64,000 nt of DNA from a virus. Its lineage: Duplodnaviria > Caudoviricetes. Every line of letters starts with the position of its first letter. Positions within the stretch are counted from its first letter, which is position 1. The DNA lies in the IMG/VR virus record IMGVR_UViG_3300046528_000065, positions 25,164 to 89,163 of that record; one strand, 5' to 3'. Shown one piece after another: positions 29,263 through 39,600 of this stretch. Both the position numbers and the translations under genes were made by a program. Below the pieces are notes generated by a model that saw only the letters and a program-made list of their open reading frames with translations, was not told the origin of the DNA and did not search any database.

Positions 29263-30774
29263 ATGGCTATCGAACGCAAAGACCTAGTACAGGACACCGC
29301 TAGTTCCACAGGGACCGGGGCGTTCGTAATGGCTGGCACTCCTCCAACGGGCTTCCGCCCGTTCAGTGTGCATACCGTTGGTGCTACGTTTGACTATAAA
29401 GCTTCCGCTGGAGCGGATTGGGAAGTTGGCGTAGGCACGTGGAATGGCTCGAATATCGCGCGTAGCCCGACTGCCAGTTCTAATGCAAACGGTCTCGTCA
29501 ATTTCACGGTAGCGCCTACTGTTATGGAAGTTGTGAGTGCTGCGAGTGTTGCCTCATTTCTGAGGGCTGCTGATGGTGTGGACGTTTCGACGCTGACTAA
29601 TGTTACCTCGCTCAATACAGGCGATTCTGTGCTGCTTCTGCGCAGTGGGACTTTGTACACGGCATTGGCATCGTTGTTCGGATCGACTGGCACCGGCGGC
29701 ACTGCGGCGGCTACCGCTGTTACTCTCACGGTAAGCGCAGCTTCAACGGCAGTTGGTTCTCCTGTAACTGTCACCGTCAGCACCAATAGCCCTCTGACTG
29801 GAACGCAGAGTGAAAGCATTACCTTGACAGCGCCTGTTGCTGGTACATGGAGTACCAACCCTGTGACGCTGAACGCAACGACTGGCACTGTGACGCCGAC
29901 GTTCACGCCATCTGCGGCTGGCTCGGGTAATATCACAGCGAGTGCAACAGGTACACCAACCTTGACTGGGGCCACAGTAGCCTACACCTCGACTGCCGCT
30001 GTCACGCCTACACTTACCGTTGCTACCCCAGCATCGCCACAAACTGTGGGCACATCATTCCCTGTCACTGGTACATGGACAGGTACTCAGCCAACCTCTC
30101 TCGACTTCCTGCTCACGGATAGCGGTGTTGCCGGTACATGGACTCAGGTTGCCGCAGGGCAGAATCTGGTTATCAACGCAAACGGCACATGGACGTTCAA
30201 CCAGAACCCAGCGAGTACTGCCACTAGCCGCACGATTACTGTACGAGATCATAATGCAACAACGGTTGTCAGTAATCAGTCTGGTGCATATGTGGTTAAT
30301 GCAGCAGCGGCATCTACTAGCTATGTCACGACCCTAGTATCGGGCGCTAACCCTGGCTTCCCGACTGCCACGTCGATGGGCTACACCAGTGGTGATGCCG
30401 CCGTTGATACGAAGATTATTGTAGTTTCCATCAAGGCAGCCGATAACAGTGTGCCGGATACGTCTACTATGAAGTGGGTGACTGGCAAATCTGCAACCGT
30501 CGCGCCGATGTCGTACACCGATAGCTCGCCCGCAATTGGCACCAACGGCAACACTGCGGTGCACGGTAATTCCGTTGCGGGAACGGGTGCACTTGCAAAG
30601 ACGAGCGCTTGGGTCAATGTTGGTGATTCTGGGTATGGGCAGTTCAAAAACGCTTCTAGCTTCTACGCATGGGGTACGCCGGGAACATGGTACGTCTGGG
30701 TGCTGTGTGCCAACGGCTTTAAGGATGTGGTTCGTGATGCTCAAGGCAATCCGGTTCAGTGGGTGCTGTCGTAA
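29263..30774 (+). CDS. Thr/Ala-rich virion protein with Ig-like beta domains
   Basis: N-terminal DLVQDTASSTGTG motif; repeated beta-strand Thr-rich segments. Confidence 0.6.
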   Translation: MAIERKDLVQDTASSTGTGAFVMAGTPPTGFRPFSVHTVGATFDYKASAGADWEVGVGTWNGSNIARSPTASSNANGLVNFTVAPTVMEVVSAASVASFLRAADGVDVSTLTNVTSLNTGDSVLLLRSGTLYTALASLFGSTGTGGTAAATAVTLTVSAASTAVGSPVTVTVSTNSPLTGTQSESITLTAPVAGTWSTNPVTLNATTGTVTPTFTPSAAGSGNITASATGTPTLTGATVAYTSTAAVTPTLTVATPASPQTVGTSFPVTGTWTGTQPTSLDFLLTDSGVAGTWTQVAAGQNLVINANGTWTFNQNPASTATSRTITVRDHNATTVVSNQSGAYVVNAAAASTSYVTTLVSGANPGFPTATSMGYTSGDAAVDTKIIVVSIKAADNSVPDTSTMKWVTGKSATVAPMSYTDSSPAIGTNGNTAVHGNSVAGTGALAKTSAWVNVGDSGYGQFKNASSFYAWGTPGTWYVWVLCANGFKDVVRDAQGNPVQWVLS

Positions 30775-32465
30775 TGGCTCAATTCCTCCTCGGGCCGGGC
30801 GGGCGGCTGCTTCTGCTGGGCGGCAAGCCCCTCGCGATCACTCTTGGGCAGGCCCCTACAACGGCTATCAGGCTCACCGACTGGTATTTGTCCACTTCGT
30901 ACGGGTACACAACACGTTTCAATATTCAGACGACAGCGGCCAGCAATGACACGACAGCCGATGTACCTGTCGTCTTCACATACACAGGCGGCACCCCGTC
31001 TTCCGTGCAAGCTCGTGTCATTGACGGCAGCGGCGTGGCGGTTCCAGGTTTCGACTGGACTGACATTACCACCACCGTGACCACCAGCGGGACCACGGGC
31101 CTCGGCTACTTGCAGGGCGTCCCCGATGGTATCAACTACCGGCGTGAGGTACGTGTCGGCGCTAGTACCACTGTCAAAGACACTGACAGGGCTTACTTTA
31201 ATATTGGTATCAATGTGCTGCCTTGGGGCCAGTCGAACATGCGCGGCACGCTCGATAGCCACACGCCCGATGGCAGCGGCATTACGCGCGACTCGGTAGT
31301 GCCCGGCACGGCTTCGACAACCGAGTGGGCCTACTACAACAACAATGGAACGGGGGCGTATTTCGGCCCTGGCGGATTTGACGCTGGCGGAAACAACAAC
31401 GCAAGCATCGGTAGCTATACGCTGGAGAAGGCGGGCGGCTTATCAATGCTGCGCCTCCTTGGGACGACACTACAAAACAAGCGCAGCAAGAAAGTAGGCA
31501 TTGCGCTTAACCCGTGGGCCAATAATGGGCAAGCGATGTCGTTCTTTATGAACGCGTCCGGCGTTATTGGTATGCTGTCTAATGTTGGCACAGTGAGTCC
31601 GAACATTGGTTTTTCGTCACCCGCGCAGTACATCACCGGGGATTACCGGATCGTTGCATGGCATCAGGGGGAGTCGGATTCTACAACCATCACACGTACA
31701 CAGCGCCGTGATGATTTGATTAAGTTCTGTCAAGCCCATATTGCTCAAGTGTTGAAGTTCAATCGACCATCCTCTAAACTTACGTTCCTCTTTGCATTCA
31801 TGGGTGTTGGTAGCCCTCCGCAAATGGAAGTGTTGCGCGGTGCTGTGTTGGACCTGATTGCCTACGTTAAGCAAAACAATCTTGATTGGGACGTACGTAT
31901 TGGTTGGAATTGTATCGACTTCGATCCTGCCTTCGCTACTCCACCGGACACGCTGCACTTTGGTGGCTGGGACCAACTCAAATCGTGCCGTCGCATGACG
32001 CAAGCAGCAATGCATGTTCTTGACCCTGTAGCCGTGAAGTACGGTGCTATTGGTCCGCAACTGACGGGCGCTGTTTCTCGTACTGGCGATGACGTAACGT
32101 TGACAGTGCTGCACGAAGGTTTGAAAGATGATGGACAGCCACGTAGTTTAGTAGCCAAAACTCCAGGCTCCCCAATCACAGGTTGGTATGCCAACACTGC
32201 TGCGGATTTTAGTGGCACTGATATCGCATTGACAAACGTGACCATCGTTGATAGCACCCATATCCGTGTGACTGCAACTGGTGCACCAGCAACGTTCTAC
32301 ATCAAGCATTGTGGCGGTAAGTACTACACACCGCAGAGTTACACTCCGAACGTGTCGAATCTCATATACGATAACTTCGCATATCCGACTGGTGCAAATG
32401 CAGGCGATCAGTTCGTAGGATTGCCGCTGCTTCCAACTCCTGACGCTATAAAGGTGGGGCCATAA
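30774..32465 (+). CDS. Virion-associated SGNH/sialate O-acetylesterase-like (SASA/CE6) protein
   Basis: WGQSNM (catalytic Ser), WHQGESD, DTLHF. Confidence 0.8.
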   Translation: MAQFLLGPGGRLLLLGGKPLAITLGQAPTTAIRLTDWYLSTSYGYTTRFNIQTTAASNDTTADVPVVFTYTGGTPSSVQARVIDGSGVAVPGFDWTDITTTVTTSGTTGLGYLQGVPDGINYRREVRVGASTTVKDTDRAYFNIGINVLPWGQSNMRGTLDSHTPDGSGITRDSVVPGTASTTEWAYYNNNGTGAYFGPGGFDAGGNNNASIGSYTLEKAGGLSMLRLLGTTLQNKRSKKVGIALNPWANNGQAMSFFMNASGVIGMLSNVGTVSPNIGFSSPAQYITGDYRIVAWHQGESDSTTITRTQRRDDLIKFCQAHIAQVLKFNRPSSKLTFLFAFMGVGSPPQMEVLRGAVLDLIAYVKQNNLDWDVRIGWNCIDFDPAFATPPDTLHFGGWDQLKSCRRMTQAAMHVLDPVAVKYGAIGPQLTGAVSRTGDDVTLTVLHEGLKDDGQPRSLVAKTPGSPITGWYANTAADFSGTDIALTNVTIVDSTHIRVTATGAPATFYIKHCGGKYYTPQSYTPNVSNLIYDNFAYPTGANAGDQFVGLPLLPTPDAIKVGP

Positions 32466-32466
32466 A

Positions 32467-33257
32467 ATGCTTTCACATTATACAATTTCAGGCGCACCTA
32501 TCGCCGCGTCATACGCAACAGCCACTCCTTCAGCGACATACTACCCCGTCTCGGCAACATCCGTAGGCCAAGCAACACTGACAGCAATCTCTAAAGCATT
32601 CTACAACACAGCAGCAAATGTTGTAGCTTCCGCTAGTGTTGCTGTCGCGGCCTACGGGCTGTGCTCTGTCAGAGGGACATCCAATGGTGTCGCAACAGTA
32701 AGCTTCTCTAGCCCAACAGTGATTGGCGTCTCTGGTAACATTGCTGCGACATCTGCTGCGAATGCTCAATGGCGTGCTATTGCGAGTGTCTCCGGTAGTT
32801 CTCACGGGACAAGCTCAATCCTCGCTGTCTACAACAATAGTAGTGCACACTTTACGAATCTTGGCGACAAGTTCCGTATTCAGATGCTGCCAGCGTTCTA
32901 TAAAATCGTTCTTCAATAAGGGTTGTCATGGAAATTAAACGCACACGAGGCGACTCTTATCCAGATCGCTTCTTGATTACAAACTTGAGCACGAACGAGC
33001 CAGCAAATCTTACGGGCTGTGTTATCAAAATGACTGTCAGTAAGGACAAGGCCCCTATCGATAATGCCAATCAAGTGTACCAGCTTGTTGGACAGGTGAG
33101 TGATCCTACGAGTGGGATTGTCTTGTTTGCACCTACAGAACAGCAGGCTGATTTGTCGGGGATTTATTACTTCGACCTGGAACTCACGGACTCCTACGGA
33201 CTCAAGTACACGCTCGTTAAAGATGCTATCTCTTTTGAGCAGGACATCACTAAGTAG
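32467..33257 (+). CDS. Virion proteins 32467-32919 and 32928-33257 (BppU N-terminal-like)
   Basis: RGDS...NLTGCVIKMTV...G.YYFDLEL pattern; structural context. Confidence 0.6.
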
Positions 33258-33274
33258 CCAGTGTGGTCGGTTAG

Positions 33275-33302
33275 TTGACGCGCGGCATTCTTATGCTATA
33301 AT
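33275..33302 (+). promoter_or_regulatory. Late-type promoter upstream of neck/tail genes
   Basis: TTGACG-N7-TTCTTA-TGC-TATAAT (16-bp spacer). Confidence 0.65.
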
Positions 33303-33321
33303 CTAGAACTAAAGGAATGCC

Positions 33322-33771
33322 GTGGGAATCTTCTCCGATCATTTAAGAAGCAACATTGACCGTGTGTTAGTAGAGGTAAACTATAAGATAACATATGTAG
33401 CTTACGTACTGTTTACCAAGATTGTTAATAACTCACCTCACGTAGGCGACGGCCCGTACGTCGCCGGTCATTTTGTCGCTAACTGGTGGCCGTCTGTAGG
33501 CGCATACGACAATTCCATCACAGGAGCTGTAAGCAACGGTAGTGATAGTCTAGCCCGTATTGAAACTCTAATTAAACCGTCCAAGGCATTCTACCAAAAA
33601 GACGGTTTCTTATCTCTGTCTAACAATCTAAACTACGCCTTCCGCGTGGAATACAAAGAGTTCGGGTGGCCCGCTGGCAAAGACCCATTAACAGGCTGGA
33701 CGTGGACAGGCTTACGCCGCGCCTACAGCCCCGTGCAAAACTCATTTACTGCCATGAAGGGCATACTATAA
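33322..33771 (+). CDS. HK97 gp10-like neck/tail completion protein
   Basis: SPHVGDG...G.FVANW...LSNNLNYAFRVEY. Confidence 0.75.
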   Translation: MGIFSDHLRSNIDRVLVEVNYKITYVAYVLFTKIVNNSPHVGDGPYVAGHFVANWWPSVGAYDNSITGAVSNGSDSLARIETLIKPSKAFYQKDGFLSLSNNLNYAFRVEYKEFGWPAGKDPLTGWTWTGLRRAYSPVQNSFTAMKGIL

Positions 33772-33776
33772 CATTC

Positions 33777-34709
33777 TTGGAGGAAGTCATAGATAAAACA
33801 CAGAAATTTGTAGATAGGGCCAATAAACTTCACAATGGCCGATATGACTACTCCAAGGCAGTGTATGTAAAGGCTAGTGTTGATGTGGAGATTGTCTGCC
33901 ACCTACATGGTTCATTTATGCAAACCCCTAACAAACATCTTAGCGGCAGGGGTTGCCGCACTTGCTCAAGTATTAGCAGATCAAAGTCGCAGACGCTTAC
34001 CACACCTGAGTTTGTTGCGAAGGGTAACGCAAAACACAATCACAAGTACGACTATTCCTGTACGGACTATGTGAGTGCCAAAACTAAAGTGGAGATAATC
34101 TGCCCCATTCACGGCAGTTTCTTCCAAACACCCGATGTACATCTCCGGAGCGGCTGTAATGCTTGTGGTAATGTCTTGATCGGCAAAGCTTTGGTGGACA
34201 CGGCAACCGATTTTATTCGCAAGGCAAACATCACGCACGAACACAAGTACACCTACGAGCGAGTGGAATACAAGAACTCTCTCTCTAAAGTCGAAGTGAC
34301 TTGCCCTGAACACGGACCTTTTACTACAGCTCCCAACAACCATATCGCGGGACGGGGTTGCCCGAGTTGCGCGAAGACCGGATACAACAAGGGTAAAAGT
34401 GGGTCAATCTACATCATGCAATGCGATAACATTGTTAAGGTGGGCATCACTAACAGGTCTGTGAGTATACGCCTGCGGGAACTTAGAAAATCATCCGGCA
34501 AAGATTTTTCACTCGTGTACACGCAACTTTTTGAGTCAGGCGTTGTGCCTAGGGATATAGAGACGATTTTACTAGCTAATCTTAGAAGCGAATGCAGGAA
34601 CATAGAGGATAAATTCTCAGGCTCAACAGAGTGCTTCTACCATTCAGACATCCCCTCGTTCATGGAACTCGTTAATAAAACTGTTGTCGAGGCAGTGTAT
34701 GAACATTAG
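33777..34709 (+). CDS. Putative homing endonuclease, paralog of 20747-21868 (start uncertain)
   Basis: Three YDYS..Y....KVEI.C..HG.F...P..H..G.GC..C repeats plus IYIMQCDNIVKVGIT...FSGSTECF. Confidence 0.75.
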   Translation: MEEVIDKTQKFVDRANKLHNGRYDYSKAVYVKASVDVEIVCHLHGSFMQTPNKHLSGRGCRTCSSISRSKSQTLTTPEFVAKGNAKHNHKYDYSCTDYVSAKTKVEIICPIHGSFFQTPDVHLRSGCNACGNVLIGKALVDTATDFIRKANITHEHKYTYERVEYKNSLSKVEVTCPEHGPFTTAPNNHIAGRGCPSCAKTGYNKGKSGSIYIMQCDNIVKVGITNRSVSIRLRELRKSSGKDFSLVYTQLFESGVVPRDIETILLANLRSECRNIEDKFSGSTECFYHSDIPSFMELVNKTVVEAVYEH

Positions 34710-35097
34710 ACAAGAAGTGGAGTCCGCAATAGCAACCTTCGCCAGCTTACAAACGCCTAAGATTGTTGTCGCATACGAAGGTGTGCCATTTTCTAAGCCG
34801 AACAATTCTAGTTGGCTTGAGGTTGTATTCCTAGACGCAGCAGTTACGAACCCGACTGTAGACGGTCTGGGGATAAGAAAGCAAGGTGTTTTCCAGATCA
34901 ACTGTAATGTCATTGACGGCAAGGGTATGAAGTCCTTGGACGAGCTTACCGAAAGCATTGTAAGCCTCTTTCCCTTCCATGACAAGGCACGCTACACAAC
35001 TTTCTCTGTAGAGCAAACACCTCACGTTAGTCCCCCTATGCTTGACGGGGTATTTCGCTGGGCCGCTGTGCGGGTTAAGTATCGTCAGGAATTCTGA
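34699..35097 (+). CDS. Tail terminator protein
   Basis: AYEGVPF.KP...WLEV...GVFQIN; lies before the major tail protein. Confidence 0.75.
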   Translation: MNIRQEVESAIATFASLQTPKIVVAYEGVPFSKPNNSSWLEVVFLDAAVTNPTVDGLGIRKQGVFQINCNVIDGKGMKSLDELTESIVSLFPFHDKARYTTFSVEQTPHVSPPMLDGVFRWAAVRVKYRQEF

Positions 35098-35139
35098 CAT
35101 TCGATAAGAGTTTTAAATCTTTAATTAAAGGAAATACAA

Positions 35140-35604
35140 ATGAGCATTACTGCTTCTAAAGCAATTACTTCGGCAACCACCAAGCTCTACGCATCGGCTG
35201 CACTGCCAACCACTTACGACAAGGCAGGCTATGAAATCCTGACTTGGACTGCCATCTCCGACGTGAATAATATTGGTAGTATCGGAGGCACCGTGAGTAT
35301 GCAGAAACATATGCCCATCGACAGCGGCACCGTAGTTAAGATTCCTGGTAGCCGTGATGAAGGCAGTGCCGAGATTACGATGGCTAAACATCAATCGAGC
35401 GACACGCAACTGCTGCAAACGGCTTTTGACAGCCGCTCCCCTGTTGCCCTGAAGATCGTGTACCCAACCGCACTTGGCGTCACTGCCTACACCACTGGCT
35501 ACGTCTCGACAGCAGTGACGACAATCGGCACCAGCGACACCATCCTGGAATACAAAACCACCGTCGATCTGGCCACACCAGTTATCGAAGTGGCTAACTC
35601 GTAA
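35140..35604 (+). CDS. Major tail (tube) protein
   Basis: YEILTWTAISDV.NIGSIGG...KIPGSRDEG; followed by a terminator at about 35608-35628. Confidence 0.8.
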   Translation: MSITASKAITSATTKLYASAALPTTYDKAGYEILTWTAISDVNNIGSIGGTVSMQKHMPIDSGTVVKIPGSRDEGSAEITMAKHQSSDTQLLQTAFDSRSPVALKIVYPTALGVTAYTTGYVSTAVTTIGTSDTILEYKTTVDLATPVIEVANS

Positions 35605-35729
35605 TACGTGAGGGCTTCGGCCCTCTTTCCTCTAAGAGCTTTCTACGAGAGTCTTTAGAAGAAATCAAAGAGCACTATAGCTCTCCCGCTTCACAAGAAG
35701 CATAACATAACTACGAAGGAAACTCTACC

Positions 35730-36146
35730 ATGTCTTTTGAACTCAATTCTTTGGCCCTCTCCGACGAGGCTACCGTTCACCTGCACCACCCTGTCACCGA
35801 AGTCCCACTGTATGCTCCTGTGAAGAAAGGTGAAGACCCTGAGTCGAAGCCAGTACAGGTAACAGTGAAGGGCAGTGCATCTCAGGCGTACAGGCGCGCT
35901 GTCGATACTATGATGAAGAAAGCTGCCAAGCGCGGTAAGCGTGAAGCAACCCCTGAAGAGATGCGGGAACAGAGCATCGAATTTCTCGTCGCTCTGTCGG
36001 TAAAAATTGACAACTTGGTTCTTGACGGCGAGGAAGTGGCAAGTGCAGATGCATTCCGCAAACTGTATAGCGATCCCCGATACGACTGGATCAAAGAACA
36101 AATTAATGCAGCAGTCGGAGATACCGCAAGTTTTTTGAAAGTTTAA
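35730..36146 (+). CDS. Tail assembly chaperone (G-like)
   Basis: LHHPVT..PLY...VTVKGSAS..Y; lies before the tape measure gene. Confidence 0.8.
   Translation: MSFELNSLALSDEATVHLHHPVTEVPLYAPVKKGEDPESKPVQVTVKGSASQAYRRAVDTMMKKAAKRGKREATPEEMREQSIEFLVALSVKIDNLVLDGEEVASADAFRKLYSDPRYDWIKEQINAAVGDTASFLKV
36131..36137 (+). other. Programmed -1 frameshift site T TTT TTG giving a fused chaperone with 36161-36619
   Basis: Slippery heptamer three codons before the stop; the -1 frame is open into the downstream ORF, which lacks an ATG. Confidence 0.7.
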
Positions 36147-36160
36147 GCAATCTCCTGATA

Positions 36161-36619
36161 TTGTATTGTCGCCAATTGGCATGGCTCGGATGCACTCCAG
36201 ACAAATCGAGGCACTCCAGACTTGAGCAAATTCGCGGCAATGCAGTAAGAGAACGTGGTGAAGATGGCTCTGCCATTGTCGGGTCAGCAGAGGTTCATTT
36301 GCCAGAAATTCCAATGGCATTTGAAAATCTGCTGACTTTTTTCATTTCTTCCGGCCAAGCTACACAGACAGGTATGGGGCTTACATCACTTTCCTGGGCC
36401 GAAATCAAAGCTTGGCGCGAGGAGAATGAATTGGATGTCACGTTGTTCGAAAGGGATTTGCTTAAAAAGATGTCGGAAGCATACTGTGCAGAGTACGTGA
36501 AGGCGTCGGACCCGAAACGCCCAGCACCATATACACCAGAAATTAAGGAAGATGAGATTGACCATGTTGGCAAGGCTATGCAGATGTTAGAGCAGATGCG
36601 ATTGTTACGCAAAACATAA
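36161..36619 (+). CDS. Tail assembly chaperone C-terminal (T-like) frame
   Basis: LSWAEIKAW...LLKKMSEAY motif; -1 frame relative to 35730. Confidence 0.75.
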   Translation: MYCRQLAWLGCTPDKSRHSRLEQIRGNAVRERGEDGSAIVGSAEVHLPEIPMAFENLLTFFISSGQATQTGMGLTSLSWAEIKAWREENELDVTLFERDLLKKMSEAYCAEYVKASDPKRPAPYTPEIKEDEIDHVGKAMQMLEQMRLLRKT

Positions 36620-36631
36620 AGAGAGAATTAT

Positions 36632-39600
36632 ATGAGTCTTGAAGCCAGTTCTTTAACAATCAACGTAGTCAGCCAGGGAATATCTGACGCAACCAAAGCC
36701 CTCGAAGCCCTCGCCAAAGCTGGCGACGCCGCTGAAAAGGGCACCTCAAACATCGGCAAAGGCGCAGCCGCTGCCTCCAAAGCCGCTCAAGATTCCGCCA
36801 AAGCTGGCGTAGACGCCGCCCAACAAGCTGCCTCGCAATACAACGCCATCATCGACATGATGACGGAGAAATCTAAGACGTATTACGCGGACAAAGCTGC
36901 AAAAGCTGCCATTGCTGCCCAGCAAGAACTCTTCGACGGAATGTCCGTGGTGGATAAGTTGTGGGCGCACCGTGATGAAACGATGCAGAAGGAAGCAGCA
37001 GCTCGTGCAAAGGAATCCGCAGACATTCGTGCTCAGCAGCAGTCTATCATGGACGCAGCAATAGCGCGGTATGCAGCGGAGCAGGAACTCGCTAATAAAA
37101 TGAATGCGTCTTATGACAAGCGTGTATCTACAAGCGTTGAAGACGCCCACGCTGCTGCCATCATTGAAGATAAGAAGCGAGCATGGCAAGCATTAGGCCA
37201 AGTACAATCTGAAGCTATCAGGATCAACAAGGAACTGGACGCAGCGCAGAAGCGCGTTGAGGATGACCACGGCAGGGCTATTCTTGAAGATAAACGTCGC
37301 GCATGGAAAGCTCTCGGTCAAGCGCAGAGTGAAGCGCAGTCTATCAATGCAAAGCTCGACCGCGATTCGCAGCAGGCTAAGGCTGACGGGGATGCATTCG
37401 TAGCAATGCTTAAAAAGCAAGCTGAAACTGTTGGGTTGACGACGAAGGAACTCCGTGAGTATAACGCTGAGCAGCTTCGCACAAAAGCAGCTCAATTGGG
37501 CGTCTCACAACAAGTCGAGCAGCACATTCAGACACTCCAGAAAGCTAAAGGCCCTCACGAGTCCTTCAACCTCCTGACAGCAGGCTCTGCCCGCGAATTG
37601 ATGGTGTTGGGGCACGAACTTAGCCAGGGCAGCTTCCAGCGTTTTGGCGGCTCGCTGATTGTTCTTGGTGAACGTATTAACTTCCTCCCGAGTCTGTTAG
37701 AAAAGGCTGGAGCCGCCGCTGCCTTCTTGGGTGTTGGTCTTGGGGTGTTAATCGCTGCAATTGCGGCTGTTGTAGCCCTAGTAGCCACCTCAGTGATCGC
37801 GTACAACAAAAGCTCCACCGCGATGAAAGAGATGCGCAACGAAGTGATTTTGACAGGTGGCTCTATCGGAGCAACTGGCGATCAATTGTACGCGATGTCT
37901 AACCGCATTGGGGAAGCCACAGGTAACTTCGGCAAGGCACGTGAAGCCGTGCTTGGGTTGGCAGCTACAGGACGATTCACTGCCGAACAAATCAATATGA
38001 TTGCGGAAGCGGCAGTTGGTATGGAGAAGTATGGCGGTGTGGCTATCGAAAACACCATCAAGCAGTTTGAGCGCCTTGCCGCCGAACCGCTCAAAGCAGC
38101 CGATAAGGCATTCAAGGGTGTCTCTGACGCAGCAATGCAGCTCGACCAACAACTCCACTTCCTTGAACCGACAGTGCTTGCAGAGATTATGCACCTGGAG
38201 CGCATTGGTGATGTGTCTGGTGCATCAAAGGTGGCAATCTCTGCTCTGGCAGAAGAAGAGAAATCGCGTATTGCGGAACTTAAGTCACAATTAACTCCGC
38301 TCGGTGCAGTGCTCGACACCATTGGTGAAAAGGCATCGAAGATGTGGCACAACCTGTTCCATAAAGAGTCGATGCAGGACCAGTTGCAGCAAGTATCGGA
38401 TCAAATCACCGAGACCTTAAGCCACCTTGCGACTTCCGGCGACAAGGGATGGCAGATGAAACACCTTGGGGAGTTGATGAAACTGTCTAACGACATCCAA
38501 GGGAAGATGGCAGCAGGCGAGCGAGCCGCTGCGGATAAAGCTGCCAAGGTGAGGGAAGACAACGAGACGAAACTCGGGGCCATCCAACTGCGCAACCTGT
38601 TTGAACGCTCGAAGAGTGAGGAGTCGTTTGAACAACGTAAGATGAAGTTTGAAGAGAACCTCGCAAAGCAACGGGCAAAAGCAGCCGCCGATCCTGCATA
38701 TGCTAAAGCTATGGAAGACTTGATTTCCCCATCGGCTGAGAAGTCTATGCTGGAGAAGATCAAGAAAGACAGTATGCAGGCTGAAAAGAAGCCTAGAGGC
38801 GAAGGGCTTTCTGGCATTGATGAACAAATCGCAGCAATTGCTAGCCAGTATGATGTCCAGAAGCGTATTGCTGACAACGAAATCAAACTTATCGACGCAA
38901 AGAACAAAGCAGGCTTACTGTCTGACTCTGCTGCTGAGCGTGCTAAATCCGACCTGTTGGACCAAGAGGCGACTGAAAACGTAGCCCGCCTTGACAAAGA
39001 ACTGGCCGTCATCGATGCGTTCCACACCAAAGACGTTCGCCTTGCAAATGAGGCTGCTAAGAAACGTGCAGATATTGAGAAGCAGCTTACAATCGCCAAA
39101 GAGAACATCCAACTCAAGAAAGACTTGAACGGAATCCTCCCTGACGCTCGTGCTGAGAAAGAGCAGCAAGATGCAGACGCAGCTTCGCAGAAAGTTATCG
39201 AGCAAACTGCAAAGCAAACGATGGCGATTCAAAACAAGATTGACGCCTACAATCGTCTCCCTGAATCCGTTCGTGCAGCAGGCATCACTGAAAAGCAGAT
39301 GCAAGATGAAATCACTCAATCTGAAATTGATTGGTATGACCAGAAGATTGCATCAATCGCATTGCTTGGCCCAGCATCTGACGAAGAGATTAAACGACTC
39401 ACTGCTGAGAAGAACGCACTGAAACAGAAAACTGCTGCGCAAAAGGAATGGGAAACAATCCAGGCCAAGAACAACGCAGCACTCAATCAACCAGCAGCAC
39501 TGAACAAAGTCGCCACAGAGCAAATCAAGATGTGGAAGGATGCCGGTAACGAGATTGAGAAATCCCTTACTCGCGCATTCGGCAATGCTGGTAAAGCTGC

